Of a DNA stretch of 61,155 bases, positions 1-8,145 are shown piece by piece. A model generated the notes under the pieces. The model was not told where the DNA came from and searched no databases. It saw only the letters and a program-made list of their open reading frames with translations. The stretch comes from a virus (taxonomy: Duplodnaviria > Caudoviricetes): the IMG/VR virus record IMGVR_UViG_3300043395_003109, positions 1 through 61,155 of that record. One strand, written 5' to 3'. The stretch's first letter is position 1, and each line of letters starts with the position of its first letter. The position numbers and the translations under genes were made by a program.

Positions 1-273
1 ATGAAAGTTTATTCACTCTATCACAAAGAAACTTATGTTGCTTCCTTTCCAAATAAGGAAGATGCTATTTTCTATGGTAAGCAGTTTTATGAGGATGGAT
101 GGTCTTGTAATATTATTGAAGAGTATTTGAGTAAATCTCCACCACTTTATAGCACTCCTTATACTCCTCTCACTCCTTCTAATCCTATTCCTTGTGTTTC
201 TCCCGTAATCTCAAAACCACCTGTGAAATATCCTGATACTTATCCTCATATCTATTGTGATGGAACCAAATGA
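1..273 (+). CDS. hypothetical phage protein
   Basis: 90-aa ORF; stop overlaps next start (ATGA). Confidence 0.7.
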   Translation: MKVYSLYHKETYVASFPNKEDAIFYGKQFYEDGWSCNIIEEYLSKSPPLYSTPYTPLTPSNPIPCVSPVISKPPVKYPDTYPHIYCDGTK

Positions 274-482
274 CTGACGAACAAATCCTCAAACTTGTGA
301 AAGAACACTTTGAAGAAGATTGGGATGAGAATGATGGTTGGGAGTATTCTGGAAACTTTGATGCCTTTGTGAAGTTTGCCCGAGCACTTTATGAAGAAGG
401 TTTCAAAGTAGGATACGATGAAGGTTGGGAAAGTAGTAATGTAAGCACCGAAATGAATACTTGGAGTTCTGATGATGACTGA
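270..482 (+). CDS. hypothetical phage protein
   Basis: 70-aa acidic ORF in a coupled chain. Confidence 0.7.
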   Translation: MTDEQILKLVKEHFEEDWDENDGWEYSGNFDAFVKFARALYEEGFKVGYDEGWESSNVSTEMNTWSSDDD

Positions 483-657
483 ACGAGTAAAATTCTCACA
501 AGTATCCAGAGTTATCTGCCCCAAGACAGGTATTCATTATCTTGATGCGATTGATGAAAATGGTATTCATTGGATGGCACAAATGTCTCACGGTGTAGAG
601 CCTTGGTTGGTTTTTACTGAAACTTGGAAAAAAGATGTGCAGGTGCCTTATGACTGA
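472..657 (+). CDS. hypothetical phage protein
   Basis: 61-aa ORF, tightly packed. Confidence 0.65.
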   Translation: MMTERVKFSQVSRVICPKTGIHYLDAIDENGIHWMAQMSHGVEPWLVFTETWKKDVQVPYD

Positions 658-826
658 ATCACTGTGGATTGTAATGCGAGACAAACTTGGTTTCTCGATT
701 GATATGTGTGATGAGATTGTAGATGCCGTTGAAGAATGGATGCCGAAAGAACACGACACAAACTCCTACGAATGGAATAAGTGTGTTAGAATGCTGCGTG
801 AGAAACTTTGGGAGCAATCGGAATGA
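650..826 (+). CDS. hypothetical phage protein
   Basis: ATG 650 (MTESLW...) preferred over track start 635. Confidence 0.65.
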   Translation: MTESLWIVMRDKLGFSIDMCDEIVDAVEEWMPKEHDTNSYEWNKCVRMLREKLWEQSE

Positions 827-1026
827 CTGAACGCACCGATGATTGGAGAACTATCTTTGGAGACCTCACGACTGATGGTGTCTATGAGATGTGCGAAATT
901 AACGCATATCAACTCGCATCACACTTGGAGGAACTCTATCTTAAAATTAGAGAACTTGAAACACAACTCAAAGATGTTCAAGAAGTGGTGCTCGCACACG
1001 AATATGTGAGGAATATTGGATTATGA
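823..1026 (+). CDS. hypothetical phage protein
   Basis: ATG 823 overlaps upstream TGA. Confidence 0.65.
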   Translation: MTERTDDWRTIFGDLTTDGVYEMCEINAYQLASHLEELYLKIRELETQLKDVQEVVLAHEYVRNIGL

Positions 1027-1193
1027 CTGACGAAGAACTCGAAGATTGGAAGAAAATGTTTGAGAACCCTGAAAAGATCTATGTTTCTCAAGAAGCTTAT
1101 GATAGACTGGTGGAGATGATCAACCAACCACCATCACCAGAACAAATCGAGAGCATTCGTAAACTAATGAACCGCAAAGCACCATGGGATTAA
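1023..1193 (+). CDS. small protein resembling the C-terminal part of DUF1778 (TacA/AtaR-type) antitoxins
   Basis: Not in track (56 aa): MTDEELEDWKKMFENPEKIYVSQEAYDRLVEMINQPPSPEQIESIRKLMNRKAPWD; ATGA-coupled. Confidence 0.5.
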   Translation: MTDEELEDWKKMFENPEKIYVSQEAYDRLVEMINQPPSPEQIESIRKLMNRKAPWD

Positions 1194-1723
1194 ACGAAGA
1201 CATGCCGTGGGTCAATCTCACACAAGAGGAAGTTGATGAACTCCGCACGAAGAAACATGAACTCACGGAATACGGTAAACAACGACTGAAACAACTGATG
1301 AACAATCAAGAACCATACCCTGATGCCATGTTTGAGGAAGCTGAGCGTCGTGAAGCAGAACGCAAGGCTCTTGATGCCCTTGATCAACTCTATGAGAAAC
1401 ACGGGGATGCTATGTTGCGTCTTGCTGAAATTGAGAAGGATCAATGGGAACGAGAACAGAGAGAAATGCGTATCCTTGAACGATACAATCAATTCTACAA
1501 TACTGAATGTTCTGGATTATCTCACGGCACACCCATCACACCAGAACATATGCAGGCAATGACACTTGAATGTATGCTTGATGCCATACGATGTGAGAAC
1601 CTCAATGATGAGTTTGATGTAGTTTCTATTGATGATATCAACGCACTGATTGAAGCATTGCATCAACAAGGTAATGAGTTCTTGGAAAGAGTAAGGAAAC
1701 TGAAGGAGCAGAATAATGGATGA
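1184..1723 (+). CDS. hypothetical phage protein (helical/coiled-coil)
   Basis: 179-aa ORF. Confidence 0.7.
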   Translation: MGLNEDMPWVNLTQEEVDELRTKKHELTEYGKQRLKQLMNNQEPYPDAMFEEAERREAERKALDALDQLYEKHGDAMLRLAEIEKDQWEREQREMRILERYNQFYNTECSGLSHGTPITPEHMQAMTLECMLDAIRCENLNDEFDVVSIDDINALIEALHQQGNEFLERVRKLKEQNNG

Positions 1724-2009
1724 ACCATACTACCAGTATTATGTGATTGATTATTATGCGACTGGAGAAGGTCGTTCCATTTGGTTGATGATTTGCCCTA
1801 ATAACTCTCCATCATATCCAGTTGATTACTTACAGAAAAGGTGGGAGAAGTTTGTAGATGTAGAGTATTATCTACAAGGAACAGAAGAACTCACAGAAGA
1901 AGAGTTTATGAAAAAGTATCGTGTGTTTATGCCAGGACACATTAAGAATACTATTGAAGAGAGAAGTATGAGTATCTGGCAATCACATTATCATTTTAAT
2001 CGTTCATAA
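1716..2009 (+). CDS. hypothetical phage protein
   Basis: 97-aa ORF with AGGAG upstream. Confidence 0.7.
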   Translation: MDEPYYQYYVIDYYATGEGRSIWLMICPNNSPSYPVDYLQKRWEKFVDVEYYLQGTEELTEEEFMKKYRVFMPGHIKNTIEERSMSIWQSHYHFNRS

Positions 2010-2163
2010 TGAAACCACTACCCGATAAAAGAGAACTGGATATTATGTGGGCAGTTGCAACCTCAACCAGTATTGAAACTGGCATAAGACCCCACTACGG
2101 GTTCGCAAAAATGCTGTATGATGAACTCAACGACATCAAACCACCAGTAAGAATTTCTGACAA

Positions 2164-2421
2164 ATGATTTCTCCTTACAATATAGTTCCTGGAACTGATA
2201 TTGTTCATAGCATCACCGATGTTTATGAACTTTGTGATGAAGCAGAAGGATGCACTCATACTGTAAAACTTAATGCAGATAACGGTGGTGTTTATTTGGA
2301 AGCAACAGGAAAACAACACGATAGTGAGCACAGAGGCATCACTGAATATATGACTATCGGCAACAAAGAACTTGCGATTGTTGTTGCAAAACGGATTCTT
2401 GAACTTTATCAGGTAAATTGA
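2164..2421 (+). CDS. hypothetical phage protein
   Basis: 85-aa ORF. Confidence 0.65.
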   Translation: MISPYNIVPGTDIVHSITDVYELCDEAEGCTHTVKLNADNGGVYLEATGKQHDSEHRGITEYMTIGNKELAIVVAKRILELYQVN

Positions 2422-2422
2422 A

Positions 2423-2686
2423 ATGAAAATCCAATTCAAAGGACATCAAGCAACAGACCGAGAGGTGGAACTCTCACAACAAGAACTCTTCCAACTCTTT
2501 GAGATGATGCGAGAAGAGTTTGAAAATCACATTACATATTCACGATTCAATAGTTGTTATCCTAGTGATATTGAAAAGGACATTGTAGACTTTTGCAATT
2601 CTCATGGTGTTGATGTAGAATATGGTCGTGATAGAATTTCTTTCTTTAAATCTATTCTTAATAACCTTAAGAACCCATACCAATGA
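2423..2686 (+). CDS. hypothetical phage protein
   Basis: 87-aa ORF. Confidence 0.65.
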   Translation: MKIQFKGHQATDREVELSQQELFQLFEMMREEFENHITYSRFNSCYPSDIEKDIVDFCNSHGVDVEYGRDRISFFKSILNNLKNPYQ

Positions 2687-2871
2687 ATCTTACATACAGA
2701 CAACTGATTCTTTTAACAACTGCTATCACAGTATTTTATGATGAGGTCGCAAAGACTTCTACACCTGAAATGAAACAAGAACTGATGGAACTTGGTGAGA
2801 TTATTCAGGAAAATGCTATGATGAGGAAAAGGGCAGATGAACGACGGGAGAAGAAAAATGAAACTCTGTAA
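2683..2871 (+). CDS. hypothetical phage protein
   Basis: 62-aa ORF, ATGA-coupled. Confidence 0.65.
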   Translation: MNLTYRQLILLTTAITVFYDEVAKTSTPEMKQELMELGEIIQENAMMRKRADERREKKNETL

Positions 2872-3073
2872 AGATTGTAAGTATTATCGTAAGGATTGGT
2901 TGGGTCATCTATTTGGATTTGGACACCGACACGATACTTGTACTTCTCCTAATACTTCCACAAATCTTATAACTGGAAACGAAAGTAGGTTCTGTGATAT
3001 GCTCCGTGCTAAATGTTGGGAATCACTTGATTATTCTTGTGGTCCTGATGGTAGGTTCTGGGAGGAAAAATGA
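2858..3073 (+). CDS. small Cys-rich (CxxC) hypothetical protein
   Basis: MKLCKDCKYY...CGPDGRFWE; GGAG upstream of ATG 2858. Confidence 0.7.
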   Translation: MKLCKDCKYYRKDWLGHLFGFGHRHDTCTSPNTSTNLITGNESRFCDMLRAKCWESLDYSCGPDGRFWEEK

Positions 3074-3285
3074 GCAGATTTATTAAGAATCCCGATGAAA
3101 TCATCCTTGAGGATGTGAAGATGATTCACTATGAGACAATGGAAGAAGGTCGTGCCGTGTGGTTAGGAATCTATCTCAACAACGGTAAAATGTATCACCT
3201 AAACATTGGTGGTGAAAATCTTTATGTAAATTATTCTTATGAGGGTAATGATCCAAACATTACTGAGTGGGCAAAACTAAAATGA
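3070..3285 (+). CDS. hypothetical phage protein
   Basis: 71-aa ORF, GGAGG RBS. Confidence 0.7.
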   Translation: MSRFIKNPDEIILEDVKMIHYETMEEGRAVWLGIYLNNGKMYHLNIGGENLYVNYSYEGNDPNITEWAKLK

Positions 3286-3476
3286 CTGACAGAGAGAAGG
3301 AACTTTACTTTGTTATATCTGAATGGTGGGACGAAGTATTCTCAACTTCGGTAAGAGAAGGTAGAGTGGAAAACATCAATAAACTTGTAGAATACATTAT
3401 TGAACTTGAAACTGACACTTGGGATGATCCTATTCCAGAAGGTGTTGATCCTTGGAACTTGAGAGGTAGAGAATGA
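3282..3476 (+). CDS. hypothetical phage protein
   Basis: ATGA-coupled start 3282. Confidence 0.65.
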   Translation: MTDREKELYFVISEWWDEVFSTSVREGRVENINKLVEYIIELETDTWDDPIPEGVDPWNLRGRE

Positions 3477-3645
3477 ACGAAAAGTCTAAAATCTTCTACA
3501 ATGTCTGGTGCTGCGCGTACCAACGCAGAGGACTATACAAAGGTACAGATAGAGAACACAGAGAGCACGAAACTGTACGAATGTGTCTTGATATGAAAGA
3601 TGTGAAGTTCTACCAGTTTGATACAGAAAAACCGCATTACCTACG

Positions 3646-3984
3646 ATGACCTGGATAGAATACATCTTCATATACCTTATTCCTTCGTGGTTTCAATCAT
3701 TTAATGGCAACTTCCGTATCTGGAGGGACTTAATGACTGGAAAATATAAGGATTATGCTCTGATGTGGTACGATGACCCATATGAAGAGTGTTATGAATG
3801 GTTCTGGGGTTCTATCGGATATGATGATACATTAGATAAGAGTTTTCTTGAACACATACGAAAACTTGCTAAAGAAGTGGAGGAAGGTCAAGTTAAAACT
3901 TATCCAATTACAAAAGATATGATGGATAAACTTAATGATCTTGTTGGTGATATTGAAGTAGATTTGGACGAGAGGTTAGACTGA
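3646..3984 (+). CDS. hypothetical phage protein
   Basis: 112-aa ORF. Confidence 0.7.
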   Translation: MTWIEYIFIYLIPSWFQSFNGNFRIWRDLMTGKYKDYALMWYDDPYEECYEWFWGSIGYDDTLDKSFLEHIRKLAKEVEEGQVKTYPITKDMMDKLNDLVGDIEVDLDERLD

Positions 3985-4376
3985 TGGGTATGTTTGACTA
4001 TGTAAGATCTTCATATGATCTTGGAGAACAATTCACTAATGTAGAACTACAAACTAAAGATATTGAAGAGGGTTATAGTGGAACTATGACTCATTTTTGG
4101 ATAGACCCTGATGGTTATTTGTGGTGTCCTGACTATAAAGGAACAAATACCTTTGAGGTTATTAAAGAAGATGATCCACGATATAATGATAAGCATCTCT
4201 TTCTAAATTATGAATGGATACCAACAGGACAGCACGGAAAGTATAGAGTTCATCCAATCACAAAATATATTGAAGTGTATCCATCAACTTGGGACGGACA
4301 CTATGATGACTGGCCCCGTTGTCGTATTCACTTCAGATATGGTAAAATAATGGACTATGAGTTTGTGTCCCGATGA
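3984..4376 (+). CDS. conserved hypothetical phage protein (MGMFD...QTKD type)
   Basis: 130-aa ORF, TGATG-coupled; recurrent phage N-terminal motif. Confidence 0.75.
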   Translation: MGMFDYVRSSYDLGEQFTNVELQTKDIEEGYSGTMTHFWIDPDGYLWCPDYKGTNTFEVIKEDDPRYNDKHLFLNYEWIPTGQHGKYRVHPITKYIEVYPSTWDGHYDDWPRCRIHFRYGKIMDYEFVSR

Positions 4377-4687
4377 TCCCAACAGAACTATTTCCTTATG
4401 AAAAGTTTGGATTTAGACTTGAATTTGGTGAAGGAAAGAATCCTACAATTTGTTGGTTTGAGTGCCAAGAACACCTTGACAAATATCTAGAAAGGTATAA
4501 ACTAGATAGTAAGACAATAAAGATTGATTATCGTGATAAACCCCCTGAGCCCAGTAAAAAACACAAGAGAAGTGTGGAACAAAAACCTAAACCAAAAAGT
4601 AAAGGAAGTTCTAGTACAAGTAAAGGACGAAAATCCAGCGTGGATCCCGTTAAGCACACTACTCGCTCTACAAAACGCAAAAAATGA
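4373..4687 (+). CDS. hypothetical phage protein with basic tail
   Basis: 104-aa ORF. Confidence 0.7.
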   Translation: MIPTELFPYEKFGFRLEFGEGKNPTICWFECQEHLDKYLERYKLDSKTIKIDYRDKPPEPSKKHKRSVEQKPKPKSKGSSSTSKGRKSSVDPVKHTTRSTKRKK

Positions 4688-4967
4688 TACAGGTAATTGA
4701 AAATGAAGACAGATCGTTCACTATCTCCTGGGATGAGACTTCTCCTACTGAAAGTATTCTCAACACCTGGACTGAAGACGACTTCATCAAAGTCATTATG
4801 GAACATATTCAGAAACTAAATGACAATGAATGATAAAACTAAACTCATTCTTGCTCTAATGCAGATTGATAATCTTACCAGTCTCTTAGAAGGTAATGAA
4901 TATCAAGACTTTTTATACAGTAAATTGATTTCAACGAGAGTGGAATTACAGAGGCAATTGAATCGTT

Positions 4968-5186
4968 ATGAGTAAGCAGTTTTATGATGACAATGCTTTC
5001 TATGTGGAGCAAAAAAAGTATGGATTATGGCAATCACATTATCCTGATGAGAAAGGTATCATCACTTCGCTGACTGAAGAAGAATGTGTGAGAGCAACAC
5101 GTTGGTATTTGAAAGCAAAACAAGAAGGTGAGTTTGACAAATCATCTGAAAAGAGTTATTCTGGAGAAGTTGGAGGAAAACTATGA
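4968..5186 (+). CDS. hypothetical phage protein
   Basis: 72-aa ORF. Confidence 0.7.
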   Translation: MSKQFYDDNAFYVEQKKYGLWQSHYPDEKGIITSLTEEECVRATRWYLKAKQEGEFDKSSEKSYSGEVGGKL

Positions 5187-5327
5187 CAACACGCAATTTT
5201 GTAGATAAGAACGGAAACTCTTGGGAGTGGGAAGAGACTGCAGAGACTGTAAAAGCAGTTCAAGATCTTGCAAACTTTGCTGGTAATTATCCTGGACCTT
5301 TGTATGCACCGCACCCTGATTTGAAAA

Positions 5328-5546
5328 ATGAACAATAAACCACTGACGCCCGAAGAAGTACAGCAAGCAGCAGAACAATTCTTTCCTTTGTTTCGCATCG
5401 TTAATAGTCGTATGCCTACAAATGCCACAATAGAAGACACGCTCAAGGTAATGGAAACGGTATGTAATCTTGCACACAAACTTCGTGCAGAAGAAGAGAA
5501 GATTAAGTTTGGATTTAATAAAAATGAAAGTACGATTGAATCCTAA
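5328..5546 (+). CDS. hypothetical phage protein
   Basis: 72-aa ORF. Confidence 0.7.
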   Translation: MNNKPLTPEEVQQAAEQFFPLFRIVNSRMPTNATIEDTLKVMETVCNLAHKLRAEEEKIKFGFNKNESTIES

Positions 5547-5697
5547 TCAACAGTTTTGGGCAAATATCTTTCGTTGTGCTGTAGAAAGGTCTAACATTTA
5601 CTTTCAAGAAAAAGACCTTGAAAGACACGCAAGAGAGCATACAACCGTTGTATTAGCACTACAAAAAGGAGAGGAATTTTGGAGAGAACTACTGTAG
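5524..5697 (+). CDS. hypothetical phage protein
   Basis: ATG 5524 (MKVRLNPNQQ...). Confidence 0.6.
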   Translation: MKVRLNPNQQFWANIFRCAVERSNIYFQEKDLERHAREHTTVVLALQKGEEFWRELL

Positions 5698-5702
5698 ATT
5701 GT

Positions 5703-5794
5703 AATAAATACTAATGCTTAAGCGTCGCAACTTAAAGCAAGATGAGGAGCAGAAATGCTCCTCATTTAGTATAAATAATACTGCGACGTTTAAG
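5703..5794 (+). promoter_or_regulatory. two T4-type late promoters with nested inverted repeats in front of the homing endonuclease
   Basis: AATAAATA 5703-5710; TATAAATA 5770-5777; perfect 10-bp GAAA hairpin 5742-5765; 13-nt arms 5717-5729 / 5782-5794 (one G-U). Confidence 0.75.
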
Positions 5795-5800
5795 ACAAGA

Positions 5801-6490
5801 ATGAATAACTATTACACTTACGCTTATTTGCGTGAAGATGGAACTCCTTTTTACATAGGCAAAGGAAGAGGCAATAGACTTTTTGAAAAAGAAAGACATA
5901 ATGTAAAAGTTCCACCTAATGATAGAATAATCTTTCTAAAACAAAATTTAAATGAAAAAGAAGCATTTAAACACGAAAGATATATGATTTTTATTCTTGG
6001 TAGAAAGGATATAAAAACTGGAATTTTAAGAAATAAAACAGATGGTGGAGAAGGTGCTAGTGGATATATTCATACCGATGAAGCAAAACTAAAAATCAGT
6101 AAGGCAAATAAAGGAGAGAACAATCCTTTTTATGGAAGAGAACATACCAAAGAAACAAAGCAAAAAATGAAGGGAAGAAAACCTCCATTAATTTCTCTTG
6201 AAGCAAGAAAAAGAATGAGTGAAAAAAAGAGAGGAATTCCAAGAGATAGGTCTATTGTAGATAAAATGATGGAGACAAGAAAAATAAATCAATCTTTTGT
6301 TGGAAAAAATAATCCAAATTCAAAAGTTTTTGTATTTACATCTCCTCAAGGTCAAGAATATATTGTTGTTGGGCAATTTCAAAAATTTTGTAAAGAGCAA
6401 AATATATCTTGCTGGGGAATGAAAAATATGATTAAAACTGGTAAAATGGTTCCTGGATGTAAAAATTGGAAAGTGAGAACAAATGATTGA
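5801..6490 (+). CDS. free-standing GIY-YIG (Seg-like) homing endonuclease with NUMOD3 DNA-binding motifs
   Basis: YTYAYLREDGTPFYIGKG...R...E...LRNKTDGGEG; HTDEAKLKISKANKGENNPFYGREHTKETKQKM; start 5801 lies downstream of the late promoter. Confidence 0.85.
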   Translation: MNNYYTYAYLREDGTPFYIGKGRGNRLFEKERHNVKVPPNDRIIFLKQNLNEKEAFKHERYMIFILGRKDIKTGILRNKTDGGEGASGYIHTDEAKLKISKANKGENNPFYGREHTKETKQKMKGRKPPLISLEARKRMSEKKRGIPRDRSIVDKMMETRKINQSFVGKNNPNSKVFVFTSPQGQEYIVVGQFQKFCKEQNISCWGMKNMIKTGKMVPGCKNWKVRTND

Positions 6491-6658
6491 CTTTAGAAAA
6501 ATTGTAGGTTATTATGACCCAAGGTATCCTGCATTAGACCCAACAACACCACATTATGAATTTAATAGTTATGTTGAGTGTTGTAAAAGTTTAGGTGTTC
6601 CTATTCGCCTTCAATCTTTTATGCGTTATCAACAGTATCTTAAAGAAATTGGTTTGGT

Positions 6659-6886
6659 ATGATTAGAAAATTTATTAGATGGTTTGTATCACCATCACAA
6701 AAACCTATTGTTGAAGAAGTTGATGTTTATTCAAAATTACTTGAACTTGAGAAACGTATTGAGTATCTTGAAGCAGAGAATGTAGAGAACAGTAATTGTT
6801 TCTATGAACTTTCTAACTGTATTGATGCAGTTGATGCTCGTCTAGATATATTGACTCTTGAAAACTGGAACAATAAAGATGTATGA
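6659..6886 (+). CDS. hypothetical coiled-coil protein
   Basis: 75-aa ORF. Confidence 0.7.
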   Translation: MIRKFIRWFVSPSQKPIVEEVDVYSKLLELEKRIEYLEAENVENSNCFYELSNCIDAVDARLDILTLENWNNKDV

Positions 6887-7058
6887 TCTTGACTCATTTG
6901 AACAAGCTCTAGCACACTTTGGTACACGAGTTGATGTAATCATTGCAATGGAAATGGGAGGCAAATTAGATGCTGAATCTGCTTACAAAAATATTAAAAT
7001 GGAACTCAAGGAACTCAAGCGAATCCGAAAGTCCATCAAAAAAGACAAGGATCTGTGA
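6879..7058 (+). CDS. conserved hypothetical cyanophage-type protein
   Basis: MYDLDSFEQALAHFGTRV...AMEMGGK. Confidence 0.7.
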   Translation: MYDLDSFEQALAHFGTRVDVIIAMEMGGKLDAESAYKNIKMELKELKRIRKSIKKDKDL

Positions 7059-7168
7059 TAAATGTGGAGTGGAACAACCACTTGACAAAGATCACTATCA
7101 GGTTGTAAAATACTTCCGCGATGGTTTCTCCTACTATTGCCACGACTGCTCTAAACCTAAATCAAAAA

Positions 7169-7606
7169 ATGACTGACTTTGATTATAAAAAGTATTCTCT
7201 TGAAAATCTTGAGAATTGGATGCATGATGCAATGTCCGCAGGTGAAGCAACACCGCAGGAGATTTATGATGTTATTGTTGGTGTAGTTAAAGAAAACTAT
7301 TACATATACAAACAAAAAACATCCGAAGCATATGAACTTCTTGCGTTATTGAATGGCAATGATAAGAATAAGTATGAGGATTATCTAGATAAATTCTTGA
7401 ATTCTCCTAAAGAAGACAAAGTGGTAAAGTGGCAACTTCCCGTTCAAGTTGATGGGTTAACTGGAGATTGTTATATCAATCTTCCTGATGATTTGTTAGA
7501 AGCAGCAAATCTAAAAGAAGGTGATCAAGTACAATGGATTGATCGTGGAGATGGTAGTTTTGAAATGAGAAAAATAACAGAACCTTTAGGAATGGATGAG
7601 TGTTGA
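7169..7606 (+). CDS. protein with C-terminal AbrB/MazE/SpoVT-like DNA-binding domain
   Basis: CYINLPDDLLEAANLKEGDQVQWIDRGDGSFEMRK matches the swapped-hairpin AbrB pattern. Confidence 0.7.
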   Translation: MTDFDYKKYSLENLENWMHDAMSAGEATPQEIYDVIVGVVKENYYIYKQKTSEAYELLALLNGNDKNKYEDYLDKFLNSPKEDKVVKWQLPVQVDGLTGDCYINLPDDLLEAANLKEGDQVQWIDRGDGSFEMRKITEPLGMDEC

Positions 7607-7607
7607 T

Positions 7608-7838
7608 ATGGCATTGAGTAAACAAACATTAGATCATTTGTTAGAAGCAGAATCTCATCTTCGCGCTGCGATCAAGTCGGCATCTATCAATGAAAAAGCG
7701 ACAGTTGTTCAACAACTTGCCAAAATTCTATTGAGTATGGAACAGTGTAAAAAATTTGAAGAACTTATGGATATGCTTGACGAAAGAAAACCAGGAAGTA
7801 ATGGTTTTTTCGGATCTTTCTTTAATGACGAAGATTAA
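7608..7838 (+). CDS. conserved hypothetical protein
   Basis: MALSKQTLDHLLEAESHLRAA... Confidence 0.7.
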   Translation: MALSKQTLDHLLEAESHLRAAIKSASINEKATVVQQLAKILLSMEQCKKFEELMDMLDERKPGSNGFFGSFFNDED

Positions 7839-8095
7839 CAACTGTAAAGCAATCCCGAAGAAATTGTTAAGTGTCTAGATAATTTATATGGATATGCTAA
7901 TATATCGAAGTACACGGGAGCAAAATTATGACACTTTCATCAGGAAAGAATAGCAAACTTACTGAGGATGAATGGAAAGAGATGACCGCACTAAAAAATG
8001 CAATCAATCATCGTCCTCAATCAGTTGTTCCTGAAAAAATGGAAGAGTTTACTGAGTATCTTGTGCGTAGTTTGAGGGAAAAGGGTGGTTGATAG

Positions 8096-8123
8096 AGAGG
8101 GTCAGAAATGATCCTCTTTTTTT
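8096..8123 (+). terminator. intrinsic terminator
   Basis: AGAGGGTCA-GAAA-TGATCCTCT followed by a T run. Confidence 0.75.
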
Positions 8124-8130
8124 CTAAATA
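8123..8130 (+). promoter_or_regulatory. late promoter variant (CTAAATA)
   Basis: TCTAAATA 15 nt before ATG 8146. Confidence 0.55.
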
Positions 8131-8145
8131 CTTGAAAAAAGAATT

